Below are positions 11,363 to 22,163 of a stretch of DNA of 64,000 nucleotides, in pieces. Origin of the DNA: Callorhinchus milii (lineage: Eukaryota); the NCBI RefSeq assembly GCF_018977255.1, contig NW_024704742.1, positions 102,364,001 through 102,428,000 of the forward strand, written 5' to 3'. Under the pieces are notes generated by a model that was not told where the DNA came from, did not search any database, and was given only the letters and a program-made list of their open reading frames with translations. Position 1 is the stretch's first letter, and the number at the start of each line of letters is the position of its first letter. A program made the position numbers and the translations under genes.

Positions 11363-11671
11363 TAATAATAAAAATAATCCTTGCATTTGATATAGCGCTT
11401 TTCACGTCGGGAGGACATCCCAAAGCGCTTCACAGAACACACTGTAAAGTGAATTGACTGTATATTTGTGGGCGAACGCGGCAGCCAATTGCGCACAGCA
11501 ATGTCCCACAAACAGTCGTAGATTGAAAATGACCAATTTATTATTGTTTTTTTGGTTTTTTGGAGGGATTATTATTAGGCGTGTGGAGTAAGGAAACTTA
11601 CTGCCTGGAATTGAACTCAGGTCTCTCGCTTGCAAAGCAAGTGCTCTAACCATTGAGCTACAGGACTCCAC
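11363..11671 (-). mobile_element. Young tRNA-Ala-derived SINE (family B, short form), near full length
   Basis: Head GTGGAGTCCTGTAGCTCAATGGTTAGAGCACTTGCTTTGCAAGCGAGAGACCTGAGTTCAATTCCAGG with A and B boxes. Near-identical to 25214-25552 and 40043-40367 apart from a small private deletion after the head; (ATT)n tail. Confidence 0.93.
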
Positions 11672-12842
11672 GATTGGTATTGCCTTATCTGAGTGTTGGA
11701 CTGCTCTATAGTATGCAGAGCACCTTCCAATGTCTCTTGGAAGGAGGGAAGTGACACTTTCATTACAGTTCTTATGCTCCATGAGCCTTCCTTTGAAAGT
11801 TAGCCCCCTGAGGCCAAGGCTGGATTTAAGACCATTATACTACATCTTAAAAGGATCGCATAAGTTGTCAGTCTTATAAAACTGTTTAACAACAACAAGA
11901 TTATATTTGTATAGCGCCTTTCATGTCGGGAGGATGTCCCATTTTAATTGGTTTAATTTACCAAAGAGGATAGGAAAGTGCTACAACCATCTAATTTTGC
12001 ATTCCACTGTTGTGCCAAAATTTCCCGCTGAGCTGAAAAAAGGATATTTTCGTATTCATTACTACAGACTTTAAAAAAAAGTGCACTTTGGATTCAGGGA
12101 ACCTGAACTGTAGACATTTCAAAGTGCCTCAGAGTAGCAGCAAGCTTGATATAGATGAACATGCATGCACAGACACTATCAAGGTTAAGTGGTCACCAGT
12201 GGAATCGCTAATGAAATGACACGTAGCTTAATACACCGATTGTGGCAATGAGAGCAGGTGTGAGCAGGCAGCTCCTTTTTTGTATTTATAAAAAGGTACA
12301 GGATGAAAAATTAACAAAAATGCACTAAACGAGAGGCACTTCTGGCACTCTGCCAGCCCTGTTGCTTTGGATCCAGGCCAACTCCAGGAGCTGCAGCTAT
12401 GTCTTACTGCTTCTGTGGAGCCCGACACCTGTTCCCCTGAGCGTGTCGTGTGGGAGAGACCATGTAGACATGCTAGCACATCTGTCACTGTGCTTGACCC
12501 TGGGGGAATCAGAAGGAACAGTGAGACCAACTAAAACACATTTACATGTGACTGTGTCTGTGGCTGTTGGCTTTGGTGCACTAGATTACAAGTGGAAGAA
12601 ATATAGTTTAACTAAATGTAACCACCTTCTGGCAATAAGTGGCAATTTTATAAACGTTCATTATACAGTATTTAACAAATGTGATAAAGCCAATTACTGA
12701 GTGCAGAGACCAAATACAATAGGATTTTTATCATGTAGAAACAGGTGGAGGTCATCAGGCCCAACAACCCTGCAATTTTATTAGTCCAAGGCAGATTTTG
12801 TTAATCCCATTGCCCTGTCTTTTCTCCAAATCTAGCCAGATA

Positions 12843-13372
12843 GTCAGGCTGGCTCAGTTGGTAGCACTATAGCCTCTGAGTCAGAAGATTTTGGGTGCAA
12901 TGCTTGTAAATCTAAAACACAGTTTAGATTCACTAGTTCCTTTATTTAAATCTTACACTTTCACAATCTGCCCACTCACATTCCCAGAATCCTTGCTTGC
13001 TTCTCATTGTCAGTGTCCAATTGTCAATTAAGTCATTAAAGCAATGTGCAACATTGATTTGAAGCCCCACATTGAGGTAGTGAGCCTTACATTGTTGGCG
13101 ACGTTGTTCTTCAGATGAGACATGAAAGCAAGAGCCCTACTTCTGTCCAGGTTGATGTTAAAGCTCACTTGGCATAATTTGAAAAGAGAAGGGAGAACTG
13201 TTATGGCTAACAATTCCCCAGATAAAACTGGACATTCATGTTTTATCTGGGGGATTGTGGGGTATTACTGTTGCAAATTGGCTGCACTTATGCCTACAAA
13301 ATACATTATACTTTCCAGTAAATCCTGTGAAGTGCTTTGAGACATCCTCCTGACATGAGAGCTATGATATCA
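12843..13372 (+). mobile_element. Old Deu-domain SINE (family A) carrying a solo LTR in its tRNA head
   Basis: Head GTCAGGCTGGCTCAGTTGGTAGCACTATAGCCTCTGAGTCAGAAG, resuming at 13054. Deu core TTCAGATGAGACATGAAAGCAAGAGCCC...GATGTTAAAG; L2-type tail at about 13325-13375. Confidence 0.8.
12896..13053 (-). mobile_element. Solo LTR of the same family as 1636-2694
   Basis: The reverse complement begins TGTTGCACATTGCTTTAATGACTTAATTGACAATTGGACAC and ends ...TGTGTTTTAGATTTACAAGCATTGCA. It aligns end to end with both LTRs, with two short deletions. Confidence 0.92.
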
Positions 13373-13379
13373 AATGTAT

Positions 13380-14925
13380 TTATCCCTAATAAACTTAATT
13401 CCCAATAATTTATTTCGCTTTTATGCCCCCAATCAATTCTCCCTCTACGGTCTCCTAGTGCATTCAATATTTTCTCAATTCCTTTGTGAAAAATTATTTT
13501 CTGTTCACAGAAGTATGAGTTAACTCTAATTTTAAGATCATGTTCCCATGTTTTCAATTACTCTACCAGAAGGAATCATCGTCAAACTATTTAACTTGTC
13601 AATTACATATATTGTTTTCAGATCACTCGTTAACCACCTCACGTTTATGGAATATAACTGCCGAGATCCCCTCCCCACCTAGCTGCTGGTCACTCAACTC
13701 CCCCTCCTCACCCGACCTGCTTGGTTAACCAATCTCTCTCCTCAGGCTTCAGTTCCACTCCCACTCCTCAAAAAACCCACCCTTGATCCCTCACACTGCC
13801 GTCCCATTTTCAACTTACCCTTCCTTGCCAAAAGCCTGGAATGCATTGTTGCGGTCAACTTCGGTCACACTTCTCCCTCCATTCCCTCCTCGAGCCCCTA
13901 TCTTCTGGTTTTCGCCCACAGCACAGAGACAGCTCTTGTCAAAGTCACAAATGACATCCTCTCTATCTGTGACCATGGCTCCCTCTGCCTCCTCATCCTC
14001 CTGGATCTGTCTGCCACGTTCGACACAGTTGACCACGCCATCCTCCTCCACCGCCTCTGCTCCCTCATCCACCTTAGTGGGATCACACTCGCATGGTTGA
14101 GTCCTACTTAACCAGCCGCCTCCATTTCATCTCGGCAAATAATTTCTCCTCCCGTCCCCGCCCAGTCACCTGCGGCGTACCCCAGGGCTCCATCCTTGGC
14201 CATCTCCTTTTCCTCATCTATATGCTCTCTCTGGGTGATGTCATCTGCAGGCACGTGGTAAACTTCCACATGTATGCTGATGACACACAAATCTAAGTTG
14301 CTTCCTCCAGTACCAATTCCAGGTATGCCGTTGTTCTATCAGCTTGTCTGGCAGACATCAAGGCCTGGATGAGTGCAAACTTCCAACAGCCTTCTTCCAC
14401 CTACTCCACATTGCCCTCCTCCAACCATACCCCAAATACAGCTGAAACTCTTGTGCATGTGTTTGTCACCTCCCGCCTGGATTACTCAAACGCACTCCTC
14501 ACCGGTTTCCTCAGCTCCACTACTCAAAAGATCCAGCTCGTTCAGAATTCTACCGCCCGCATACTGATCCGGACTAAATTCCGCACCCACATCTCACCAG
14601 TTCTGGCCAGGCTCCTGGCTTTCCATCACTGAACGGATCAACTTCAAGATCCTCACTCTCATGTTCAAATTCCTTTGCTCTCTGACACCTCCCTACCTCT
14701 TCATAATCCCTAATCCTTCATCGCAGGCATTAATCTGCTAAATCATTCCTGGATGACATCCAAGGCTAGTATATCCTTCCTAAGAGTGGACATGCAAAAA
14801 CTGAGCACAATTCTCCAAATGATATCCGACTGGCACTCTAAGTGACTACAGCTTCCCTTCCTCTCATTTATACTCCTGTTCTCCCATCAGCCTTTTTGAT
14901 CATTTGATGGTCAAAGCATTTTTTA
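13380..14925 (-). mobile_element. Old CR1-clade LINE fragment (13380-13680 and about 14730-14925) split by an L2 insertion
   Basis: ORF 13306-13557(-) KTWEHDLKIRV...FHKGIEKILNAL resembles the CR1 ORF2 C-terminus (TRGH.LK...FF.QRVV..WN.LP). The segment after 14730 has decayed CR1-like TCCAAGGCTAGTATATCCTTCCTAAG. Confidence 0.55.
13690..14720 (+). pseudogene. L2 LINE ORF2 reverse-transcriptase fragment (frameshifted, internally deleted)
   Basis: Motifs LLDLSATFDTVDH (about 13996-14036), [37 protein letters not shown] and IQLVQNSTAR, spread over several frames. Confidence 0.92.
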
Positions 14926-15019
14926 AAAAACATTGAACTATTAAATACAACAACAACTTGCATTTATATAACGCCTTCCACAGAGGCTGATTAGGACAGC
15001 TTTAAGTATGTTTACTGTT

Positions 15020-15225
15020 CTTTCTCCCCTCAAAACAGCCACTATCACCCGCACCTTAAAGAAACCTTCCCGTGACCCATCACAGCTATCTAGCTACTGG
15101 TCCATCTCAAATCTCCCCTTCCTATCCAAGGTCCTTGAGAGAGCCGTTGCCTCCCAGCTTCGTTCTTTCCTCTCCTCTCACTCCCTTCATGAACCCCTCC
15201 AATCGGGTTTCTGTGCTGCCTGTGC
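15020..15225 (+). mobile_element. L2 ORF2 fragment (pre-RT region)
   Basis: KTATITRTLKKPSRDPSQLSSYWSISNLPFLSKVLERAVASQLRSFL...LQSGF matches the YRPISNLPFLSK.LE motif. Confidence 0.88.
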
Positions 15226-15696
15226 TTGTTTGTTTACAACAAATATATAATCACAACTATGTGGGCATTGCTGTTGTTTCAAAAATGTTTTCAGCCAATT
15301 TTTCTCCCCTTAATTCTTCCTCTCCTGAAGATATTTGATTCTTCTTTCATTTTGCTGGGGTATGGAGCCCTTGTTTACTGTGCACAAGTGGTCAATATTC
15401 ATGGATACATCAATAGGCTATTTCACCAAAATATTTCATCAATCCCAAGCCCAATCCTGCCCTTGACTCACATCCCACATGTGTACTTACTGGCTGGAGC
15501 TTCTGGATAGTGACTATGAGAAGAAGTGTTCATGTTCATTTGCTAATCTAGGGATGTTGAGGCTAACTGTAGTGTCCCAACTGCTGTTGAATCAGGGTCA
15601 GGCAGTGGGAGAGGGGAAAGAGGAAAGCAGGACAGAGAAACAATCTCACTTTAAACACTGAAATATCGTGGCTCGCAGCTGAATTATGACCTATAA

Positions 15697-15853
15697 CAGG
15701 GTGATCCAACCTTTTGACTGCTTAGGGCCAGATGCCCTATTTGAGAAATGTCCGCAGGCTGCGTGAGCAATATTTTTGTGTTTCCCTTCCAGAAACATAA
15801 CTTAACATTTACAGGTTATGGAGGGAGTGGGTAGGCCAGGTGAAATGGAGGGT
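15697..15853 (+). mobile_element. hAT (Charlie-like) MITE, one end missing; same family as 40803-40996 in the opposite orientation
   Basis: Starts CAGGGTGATCCAACCTTTT and is the reverse complement of about 40850-40996 (GGCCAGATGCCCTATTTGAGAAATGTC...GTGAAATGGAGGG). Confidence 0.8.
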
Positions 15854-15854
15854 G

Positions 15855-16412
15855 CTGGACAGTCAGGGATTTAGTCCCCCACAGGAGACATGAAGCAGGC
15901 CTGCTGAGCAGAGGCAGCGGACAGGTTGATTTGGCATAAGCAGGTCACAGAGATAGGAAAGAGCAATGCCATGGAGGGCCTTGAAGGTGAGAATGAGATT
16001 TTGAACTCTATTTTCTGCAGGATGGTGAGCCAGTGGAGCTGGGAGAGGGTGTGGGTATTAGGGTCACAGAGGCTGGTGCAGGAGAGGACGCGAGCTGCAG
16101 AGTTCTGAATGATCTGAAACTTGTGGCCTAAGGAGTTGGGAAGGCCGACAAGCATGGAGTTGGCATAGTCGAGCCTAGATATAATGAATGTACGGATGAG
16201 GGTCTAGGTGGCCTGAGGGGAGAGGCAGTGGCAGAATGCATTATGGCACGGTTGTGGGTAGAAAGGACAGTTGAGGGTAAACAAGATGCCAAGGTTCCGG
16301 ACTGGCTCAGTGAGGTGGAGCGTACATCCCTGGATGGCGATGCTGTTAGTGCCTGAGGTGTGGAGGCGCTGACGGAAGCCAATCAGGAGGGCCTCAGTCT
16401 TGTTGACATTCA
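15855..16412 (-). mobile_element. L2 ORF2 C-terminal fragment
   Basis: LNVNKTEALLIG, VRNLGILF and IIQNSAARVLS...LHWL...IEFKI motifs in ORFs 16204-16413(-) and 15871-16155(-). Confidence 0.9.
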
Positions 16413-16414
16413 AG

Positions 16415-16545
16415 AATCAGGTAGTATAGATGCATTCAAGAGCAAGCTAGACCTTCACATGAGGGAGAAGAAGGATATGGGAGGGAGCAAGGAATGGGTG
16501 AAGATTTGTGTGGACTATAAACACTTGAATGCAATATAATCGCCT
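16415..16545 (+). mobile_element. CR1 3' fragment
   Basis: ATAGATGCATTCAAGAGCAAGCTAGACCTTCACATGAGGGAGAAG (FK.KLD..M) followed by a CR1-type 3' UTR; similar to 32820-33060. Confidence 0.6.
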
Positions 16546-16945
16546 GTTCAACATTAGGAGCATTTTCAGTGGGAAACCAATGAGGAGAACTGTATCTACA
16601 GTTTCACAATTGGCAAATGGTTATTTTCAAGAGGGCTGGAAATAAATAGGTTACTGAGTAAATACTGTACTGCTCAAATATGTTTGGTGGATCTTGTGCA
16701 CATAGCTGCAATGGAATGCCTCAAGTGCCGGTTGATAGACTGTTATAAATCAGGGGCATACTGTATCCTTTGAAATGTTTCAACAGTTAAAGTGCACAAT
16801 AACTAAGTAGCTATTTGCCCTAAGAAATTAGAAATAATTAACTGCATACTAATTGGCCCCACAGTCCATTGTGTTTGTGCTACTTGTTGCTTCAACTAGA
16901 ATGAGAAATCAAAGTAACTATAATTTGAATTATCTTTAGCACAAT

Positions 16946-17433
16946 ATAACAACAACTTGCATTTATATAGTGCCCTTCATGCGGGGTAAGGTCCCAGAAC
17001 GCTTGACAGTGGTGGAGTCTGACCTGGAGCCAAGGGGAAAGGGAGGGTCAGGTGACTGTAAGCACGATTAAAAAGGAAGGTCTTTAGATGGAATTTGAAG
17101 TTGGGGAGGGAGGGGGAAAGGCGTAGGGATTGAAGAAGAGAGTTTTGGGGCATAGTGGCTGAAGGCACAGCCACCAATGGTCAAGCAGAGAGGACGAAGA
17201 ACAAAAATGAGGTCGGAGCCAAGGGGTGGATTGGGGTTAATAAGCAAATCGGATAGGTAGGGAGGTGCAAGAGCATGAAGGGATTTGAAAACGAGTGAGA
17301 AGATCTTGAAATTGTTCCATTCAGTAATTAGGAGCCAGTGAAGACTGGCAAGGACTGGTGTGATGGGAGTACGGAGTTTTGTGTGGGTAAGAAACTGGGT
17401 GGAGGAATTCTGAATTAGTTTATGGGTTTCCAC
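16946..17433 (-). mobile_element. L2 LINE 3' fragment
   Basis: LIQNSSTQFLT...ITPVLASLHWL...FKSLHALAPPYLSDLL...GGCAFS; (AAC)n tail at 16946-16957. Confidence 0.9.
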
Positions 17434-18924
17434 GTATATCAGACACCCAGCTGACCAAAAAATCTAGCTACGACAGAACAGAGCATTATCTCAACATCCA
17501 GCAGTTGAATGAGACTTTACCCATTATCAAATGCCTGGAAAGTTAATCCCAGGGTCTGAGTTACAATCCATGGGATACTGTGCTTGGAATATCACTTAAA
17601 AGAATATCTGAGCTCTGTAGTATCTGAGCTCTGAGCTGCATGGTATCAGAGTACTAAACTATCAAGCCTCAGAAAGTTCACCCATCCCTGATAAGATTGC
17701 AACTCCTCTCAACAGAATTTAGATATTTCCAAATAAATCCGATCATTTCCAAATCTGACAGGTACCGATACCAATTAATTCATGTGGTCTACTTTTTCTA
17801 TCCTGCGGTGCTTATCTCTAAGTTTAAGTAAAATAGAGCTGAGTTAGCTAACTCTTAGTCCAGCCTTTGCAAGTCATTAATCTTCACTGGCATCTATTTT
17901 TCACAAATCAATGGATCCCAAGGCATTGTGGAGTGTAGGAGTAGACTTGTATTTGTTTAGCAACACCCTACCTTGGAATTGAAGGTTAATGCAAAATCTT
18001 GTTTCCATCTGTTACATCTATTCACTGAACAACCTAAGCCTTGCTAAAAGATTTAATGAACACTTAATGAAGCACAACTTGACACCATGGAGTTCTAGAT
18101 TGGTGACATCCTAAAACATTGATTTATGAAGCCAAGCCTAAATTTGCTACTGTCTGTGTGAGGTTTGGTAACGTCTCCTCACTATTTGTAATTACTGGTA
18201 AGCCTGTATTGTATTACACCAATTTAAGCAGCAGCATATGCACTGTATTGTTGAAAGACTAAACACAACTGGAACAGTGTGTTCCACTTTCAGAATAAAA
18301 GAGCTGCTGACAAGCTATCGGCGAGGAGGAGGGTAGGAATGTATAATAAAATGTATTATAAAAATCAAATTTCACACATTTTTGTAGTAACTTTTATAGA
18401 AAAATTCAATGTGAGTTTCTGCTGTTTATTTAAGTAGCCATTATTCATAATATACAGTAACTTTATTAATGCATCACTATGTCATGAATAACCTGTGAAT
18501 ATAAATGAACCAAGTATTCATAACTACATTGCCGGCAGTACAATTGCATTCTCTGTGCTGCAGTTTGACATAACAAAATAGTACAATATAGCACAAGGAA
18601 CAATAAAATATGACAATGAAATCATTCCAGTGTTTATGCAGTTGCTTAGATTAATCTAAAACTCAAAATATTCAGCAATATTTCCATCATAATAATTTAT
18701 TAAGCAGAATTTACTATTTGCCTAACTGTCTCCCAGGCATGGTCAGTTCCTGCAACGTTGTTCATTGAATGCAGAAGTTCAGATGTAGAGTTGAACTGGT
18801 GACCAAGGAATTTTAAACATACTCAGTAATGTGTAATGTCTGCTGATACCATAGAACAATTTCCACATGTTTTTCTGTATTCTGAGAAACCATTGTGTTA
18901 AATCTCTGAATCATTAACATTCAG

Positions 18925-19270
18925 TAAGTGAATGTACCTCACAGTGTGGCACTGAACTATACATGCTGGGAAGTCCTAGGTTCAATCCCAGCTAAGTTAC
19001 AAGATCTCACCTTGGACAGCGAGGTGAGATCTTGTAACTTGTCTTTATTATTTCTGAGTGAGAACGGGGAAAATAAGATATCATTCTGATCTGAACTGAA
19101 GTGCAAGTATGTGAACATTGGTTGAAGACTAGTTACGCAGTGCTCGGCTGTCATGGACAAATAACCTGTTCACACAGCCATGGATTAAGTTTATGCACAA
19201 AGCATGGTCACCTGGATGAAGTATCACAGGACTACCAGGACCTACCGATTTATGCTCCTGAATGAAACAA
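18925..19270 (+). mobile_element. Ancient tRNA-derived SINE (family C)
   Basis: CAGTGTGGCACTGAACTATAC...GGTTCAATCCC head and ATGGTCACCTGG body. Related decayed copies lie at about 4550-4760, 29640-29770(-), 31150-31470, 39520-39740, 51070-51240 and 59440-59545. Confidence 0.6.
18994..19040. repeat. Perfect 19-bp inverted repeat (hairpin, 9-nt spacer)
   Basis: AAGTTACAAGATCTCACCT-TGGACAGCG-AGGTGAGATCTTGTAACTT. Confidence 0.95.
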
Positions 19271-19734
19271 AACATATCACACTGCTTTCAAGAGAGCGGA
19301 AAAAATAATAAGCTTCCAGTTTTGAATAGCATTAACATAAATATTTAGGTGATATTTTACAGAGAAATGTTTCCAGAAACCAAAGCTTTATACAAATACT
19401 GTTAAAAATGCACATAGTGTTCTTTCATCAAGTTGGAACCGCTGAATTGGGTCAAAGGCTGCAGAGTTCTGTGTTCCACAAGCTGTAGAAAAGATGTGTG
19501 CATGGAGATGTATCTCAGGATAATGATCAATTCTCTGATGTATTCCTAACAATGGAATTCAATGATATATGACATGAAAACCAAGCCATTCTGACCTCCT
19601 CTCTCGGTACATCACCCAGACCAAAACAATCTTTCAAGGATTGTTATCAAAAGCAGCAACATTCAATAAAAATGGCACTCATTGGCAAATCAACACCGGG
19701 ATCACTTATACTACCGAAACCAGGACTTTTATAC

Positions 19735-20420
19735 ACAACAAAAGTTCATTTATTTAGTGCCCTTTATGTAGGAAAATGTCTTGAAGTGTTTTACAGGATA
19801 TGGTTAGGAGCTGAGCAAAGGGGGTGGTACCCATAGATATAGGCACATTTGAAGAAGTAGCATTTGAGACAGGTCTTAAACCTAGAAAGTGAGTTGGCAA
19901 AATTAAGTCATAGAGGGAGGGAATTCCAGAGGAACTGAAAGAAAACTATTTTAGAAGGAAAATTACAGAGAAACAATTTCCACTGGAGGGGGAATCTGGA
20001 ACAAGGGGGAATAATCTCAAATTAGAGCTAGGTCATTTAGGAATGAAATCAGGAAGCATATTTTCGCCCAAAGGGTTCATGGAAATATGAAACTCTCTCC
20101 CACAAAAGGCTGTGAATGCTGGATCTATTCAAATTTTCAAGACTGAAGTGGATAGATTTTTTCTATGTAAGGGTATCAAGGGTTATAGAGCAAAGGCGGG
20201 TAATGGGAGTTGAGGTACAGATCAGCCATGATCTAATAGAATGGCGGAATAGGCTCAAGGGGCTCAATGGCCTACTCCTGTTCCTATATAAGGCATGGCC
20301 ACCAGGACAGTCAAAGAGAGGCCAGGGGATGTGCAGCAAGCCTGAGATAGCTGAGTGGAGTGGCAAGTGCAACAGTACGGTAGGAGAAGATTGAATAGAT
20401 AACGAGATGCCAGGCACGTA
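19735..20420 (-). mobile_element. Old L2 3' fragment split by a CR1 insertion
   Basis: Tail ACAACAAAAGTTCATTTATTTAGTGCCC at about 19735; TTGAGACAGGTCTTAAA...GGGAATTCCAGAG up to about 19935; resumes at about 20290 with AAGGCATGGCCACC...GGGATGTGCAGCAAGCCTGAG. Confidence 0.7.
19950..20287 (+). mobile_element. CR1-clade (HER1-like) LINE 3' end
   Basis: GGGGAATCTGGAACAAGGGGGAATAATCTC (ESRTRGH-like), FK.EVDRF, and the terminal GATCAGCCATGATCTAATAGAATGGCGG...GGCCTACTCCTGTTCCTAT typical of cartilaginous-fish CR1s. Confidence 0.85.
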
Positions 20421-21383
20421 CACCTCTCTTATCTACTAAACTTGACATTGTATATTGCATTAATACACTTCATAACTGCTGTGCTTTACTCCCTGCACCA
20501 ATTGCTGTATAAAACTTTTCTATGCGACAGCACACTATATTTAACCCAGTAAACTGAACCATTTTACATTACTGCATTAGACTGCACTACCATAGGGCAC
20601 AAATTTCTTTCCTTAAATACAAAACAATTTACTGAAAATAATGAGGGTGAGGAATGACTAAAATAAATTATAGTTTTTTTTCTGACAGCAGCTACCAAAC
20701 CGCAGACAAAACAATAAGTAATGAGAGCCCCAAACTCCCTGAAGCAGATAAAATCTATATATATGTATATATTTTTATTCCATCTACTGTAATATGCTTT
20801 TATAAAATCCAGCTGTACAATGCAGCACAGATTGGGAAGAATTTTGTGTTTTTTTAACCTTTCTTGAAATGATTGTGAAGTTCTGTCACTCTTAGACAAA
20901 TAGTGGAGTAGAAAGAGCCATTGTTGCAAAAGTGGCAGCATGATTAGCATTTCACACGAAAAAGGGTCTTGGGACAGACAATGCCTCTCCTCCAGGGATT
21001 GCCACACACGAGAAGCTAGCTCTGACCATTGTCTCAGAGCCTCCCTCCATCAGATTGGCATAATGTACATGTAGGAAGTACAGTTTATATCCTGAGACAA
21101 TTTTTCTGGTGCAAGGTGCTAATTACCCCACAGTTTCCCCATGACTGCTTTTCAAGCTAAGTCTGAAGTGGCACAGAGTATCTGTATGCTAAAGTGTTCT
21201 CAGGTGTTCTTGGGTTAAGGATGGGTCATCTGCTCCAGATCAGTAGCCAGGGTAGTATCTGTTCTATTCCAACACTATTGCAACACAATAAGTGTTTAAA
21301 TTCTCTTCCATTGTGTAACTAAATCTAGAGTTTCACTAGAGTTTCAACTGGCTCAATTCATACCACTCTCCCCTCTGAGTCAG

Positions 21384-21552
21384 AATAATAATAATAATAA
21401 TAATAATAATCCTTGCATTTGATATAGCGCTTTTCACGTCGGGAGGACGTCCCAAAGCGCTTCACAGAACACATTGTAAAGTGAATTGACTGTATATTTG
21501 TGGGCGAACGCGGCAGCCAATTGCGCACAGCACAGCAATGTCCCACAAACAG
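21384..21552 (-). mobile_element. Young family-B SINE, 5'-truncated
   Basis: (AAT)n-CCTTGCATTTGATATAGCGCTTTTCACGTCGGGAGGACGTCCCAAAGCGC...CCCACAAACAG, near-identical to the other young copies, with a small CACAG duplication. Confidence 0.93.
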
Positions 21553-21689
21553 TTCAAGCCTGCATCTGGATTTTGAACTCACAAATCAGGGCTGACGCTC
21601 GAATACACTGCTGGGGGAAAGCTGCATGGGTAGAGGTGTGATCCTTCATGTGAGATGTTAAACTGAGCTCCTGTCTGTCTGTTCAGGTG

Positions 21690-22163
21690 CCCCTTACTCC
21701 TCCGGAACCTTCCCCTCCTTTGAGCACTTTACCCTCAACCATCCCTCCAACCTTCCTATCATCCCCCGAAACCCTTGGACATCGCCACCCTCCTATCTTC
21801 CCTCTGCTCCGAACTCCTCCTCATCCTAGGCGACTTCAACCAGCACTTCACCCTATCCTGCTCTATCTCCGCTGACTTCTCCTCTCTCCTCTCCCAACCT
21901 CTCCCTTTACATCCACTCTGCCATCCACATCCATGGCCACCCGCTTCATCCACCCACAGTCCTTCCGCCTCGTCCCTCCCTTGCCTTCTTCAAGACCTGT
22001 CTCAAGACCCTCCTCTTTGACCATGTCTTCGATCACTCTCCTTCCCTCCTGCCCTCCACCCTTACCAAAGCCGACTCCCAGCTCCGGTCCAAAACACTGA
22101 TTGTCCAGTGCCTTGGGACGTGCTCCCGACATGAAAGGCGCTATTATTGTTGTTGTTGTTGTT
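21690..22163 (+). mobile_element. Internally deleted L2: endonuclease-region fragment joined to the 3' end
   Basis: ORF 21775-22020 LLILGDFNQH (APE endonuclease GDFN motif) runs within about 130 bp into FKTCLKTLLFD, the 3' stem-loop and a (TTG)n tail. Confidence 0.78.

Noticed and set aside
11402..11782. Recurrent ORFs ending ...[18 protein letters not shown]... as a gene family
   Set aside because: They are chance translations of the family-B SINE (also at 25270, 37937, 40043 and 48084).
13690..14720. Active reverse transcriptase gene
   Set aside because: Multiple frameshifts, stops and an internal deletion.
20564..21007. 147-aa minus-strand ORF as a real CDS
   Set aside because: GTG start, low-complexity AT-rich second half and no recognisable domain; kept only as a weak exon hint.
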